The notes beneath the pieces are model-generated. The model was not told the origin of the DNA and made no database searches. It saw only the letters and a list, made by a program, of their open reading frames with translations. From assembly GCA_032718475.1 (NCBI GenBank), contig JAUCBJ010005951.1, positions 1 to 33,179 on the forward strand: a stretch of 33,179 nt of DNA. Reading direction: 5' to 3'. Origin of the DNA: Nemertoderma westbladi (taxonomy: Eukaryota > Animalia > Xenacoelomorpha). The position numbers and the translations under genes are program-made. Each line of letters begins with the position of its first letter. Positions within the stretch are counted from its first letter, which is position 1. Below, in pieces: positions 32,398 to 33,179 of this stretch.

Positions 32398-33179
32398 CGT
32401 CCCCCCACTGCCACCAGTGCCACATATCAAAAAGTAAAAAAAGTAAATTTTCTTCGGCCGCTAGGCTAGGGATTACGCACAAAGTCTGACGACTTATTTC
32501 CAGTGTGGCCCCCCCAAAACTTTACTCCCCAGAGGAAACTCCAGTACTCATTTAGCTACCACTTAAGGATGCAAGGCAGAGATGCGCCTATCACACTGAA
32601 CCCAATCCGCAAACACCAAAAAGTATTAATAGATATAGGGGTTGATATCTCTGTATCTTGTAGACTCGAAACTCGCCCTCCTCCACTGAGTAGAAAGTTT
32701 AATGTACTGCAGCTAAGGAACGACAGTAGGCTACAACTAGCTACACAAAAATTAGTAACAGACTTTGACATAAACGGCGCCACTGAGCTACTGACTAGAA
32801 CTATAACCGACGCAACTACCTCTGAAAACTCTAGAACTAATGGAAGGCGTTGGTATGACAACGAATGTAAATAAATGAAGCAACAACTTCAATCTGCTAT
32901 GACCCGCCGTTAAAACTCTCCCGCAGACACTGTGACATACTGGAACCTCCACAGACAATACAAAAAACTTATTAAACAAAAACGGGAAGAGTTTGAAGAA
33001 GCATCATATTAAGCTTATCGAACGCACGGAAATTAAACCCTGGCTGGACCTTATTTGAAAAACCAAAACCTAGCATCGCCCTTATCAACCTTGCAACATC
33101 CTGGAAATACCATCACCGACTGCTGCAGAACTCAACAACGGAGCTTGGCAAGTGAGGAAGTACTAGCCAGTATAAATGA

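Larger units (their letters stand above)
29001..33179 (+). repeat. Segmental duplication copy 2 (runs off the window)
   Basis: Colinear with 7853-10759 but retains 1297 bp missing from copy 1. Confidence 0.95.
30270..33179 (+). mobile_element. Decayed chimeric LINE (copy 2), continuing beyond the window
   Basis: ORF1 remnant, EN start (TLVWNNDG), minisatellite, second EN, then NPIRKHQKV...WYDNECK as in copy 1. Confidence 0.88.

Noticed and set aside
1-33179. Non-standard genetic code suggested by in-frame stops in TE ORFs
   Set aside because: The stops are of mixed type and accompanied by frameshifts; the intact pol and host gene read cleanly in the standard code.

Overview
AT-rich animal (probably invertebrate) genomic DNA, mostly transposable elements, around one complete host gene. 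The gene is a five-exon galactose-3-O-sulfotransferase-family gene on the minus strand (CDS 26396->17103, 450 aa assembled by hand; the ORF track misses exons 4 and 5). Left to right: (1) an apparently intact Ty3/gypsy LTR retrotransposon (1-3716, minus). It has a short 5' LTR, a tRNA-Ser-type PBS, gag, a canonical -1 frameshift signal, and a pol frame open for ~940 codons to the window edge that is absent from the ORF track. (2) A disabled piggyBac with one recognisable terminus. (3) A BEL/Pao+LINE mosaic present as direct repeats 21.1 kb apart (7853-10759 and 29001-33179+) on either side of the gene; its LINE carries a 30-bp in-frame minisatellite and two different endonuclease N-termini. 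(4) Several RTE-type LINE remnants, including a three-level nest in intron 3 (CRE-like <- RTE <- inverted 3' piece of the same RTE family). (5) A perfect 61-bp palindrome and 25-bp inverted repeats upstream of the gene. Comparing the duplicated copies reveals TA->TACTGTA Tc1/mariner-type excision footprints. No prokaryotic features or CRISPR were seen, and I found no demonstrably new system. The chimeric LINE, the nested dsRNA-forming insertion and the footprint scarring are the best leads. All family assignments rest on motif recognition, not database searches.
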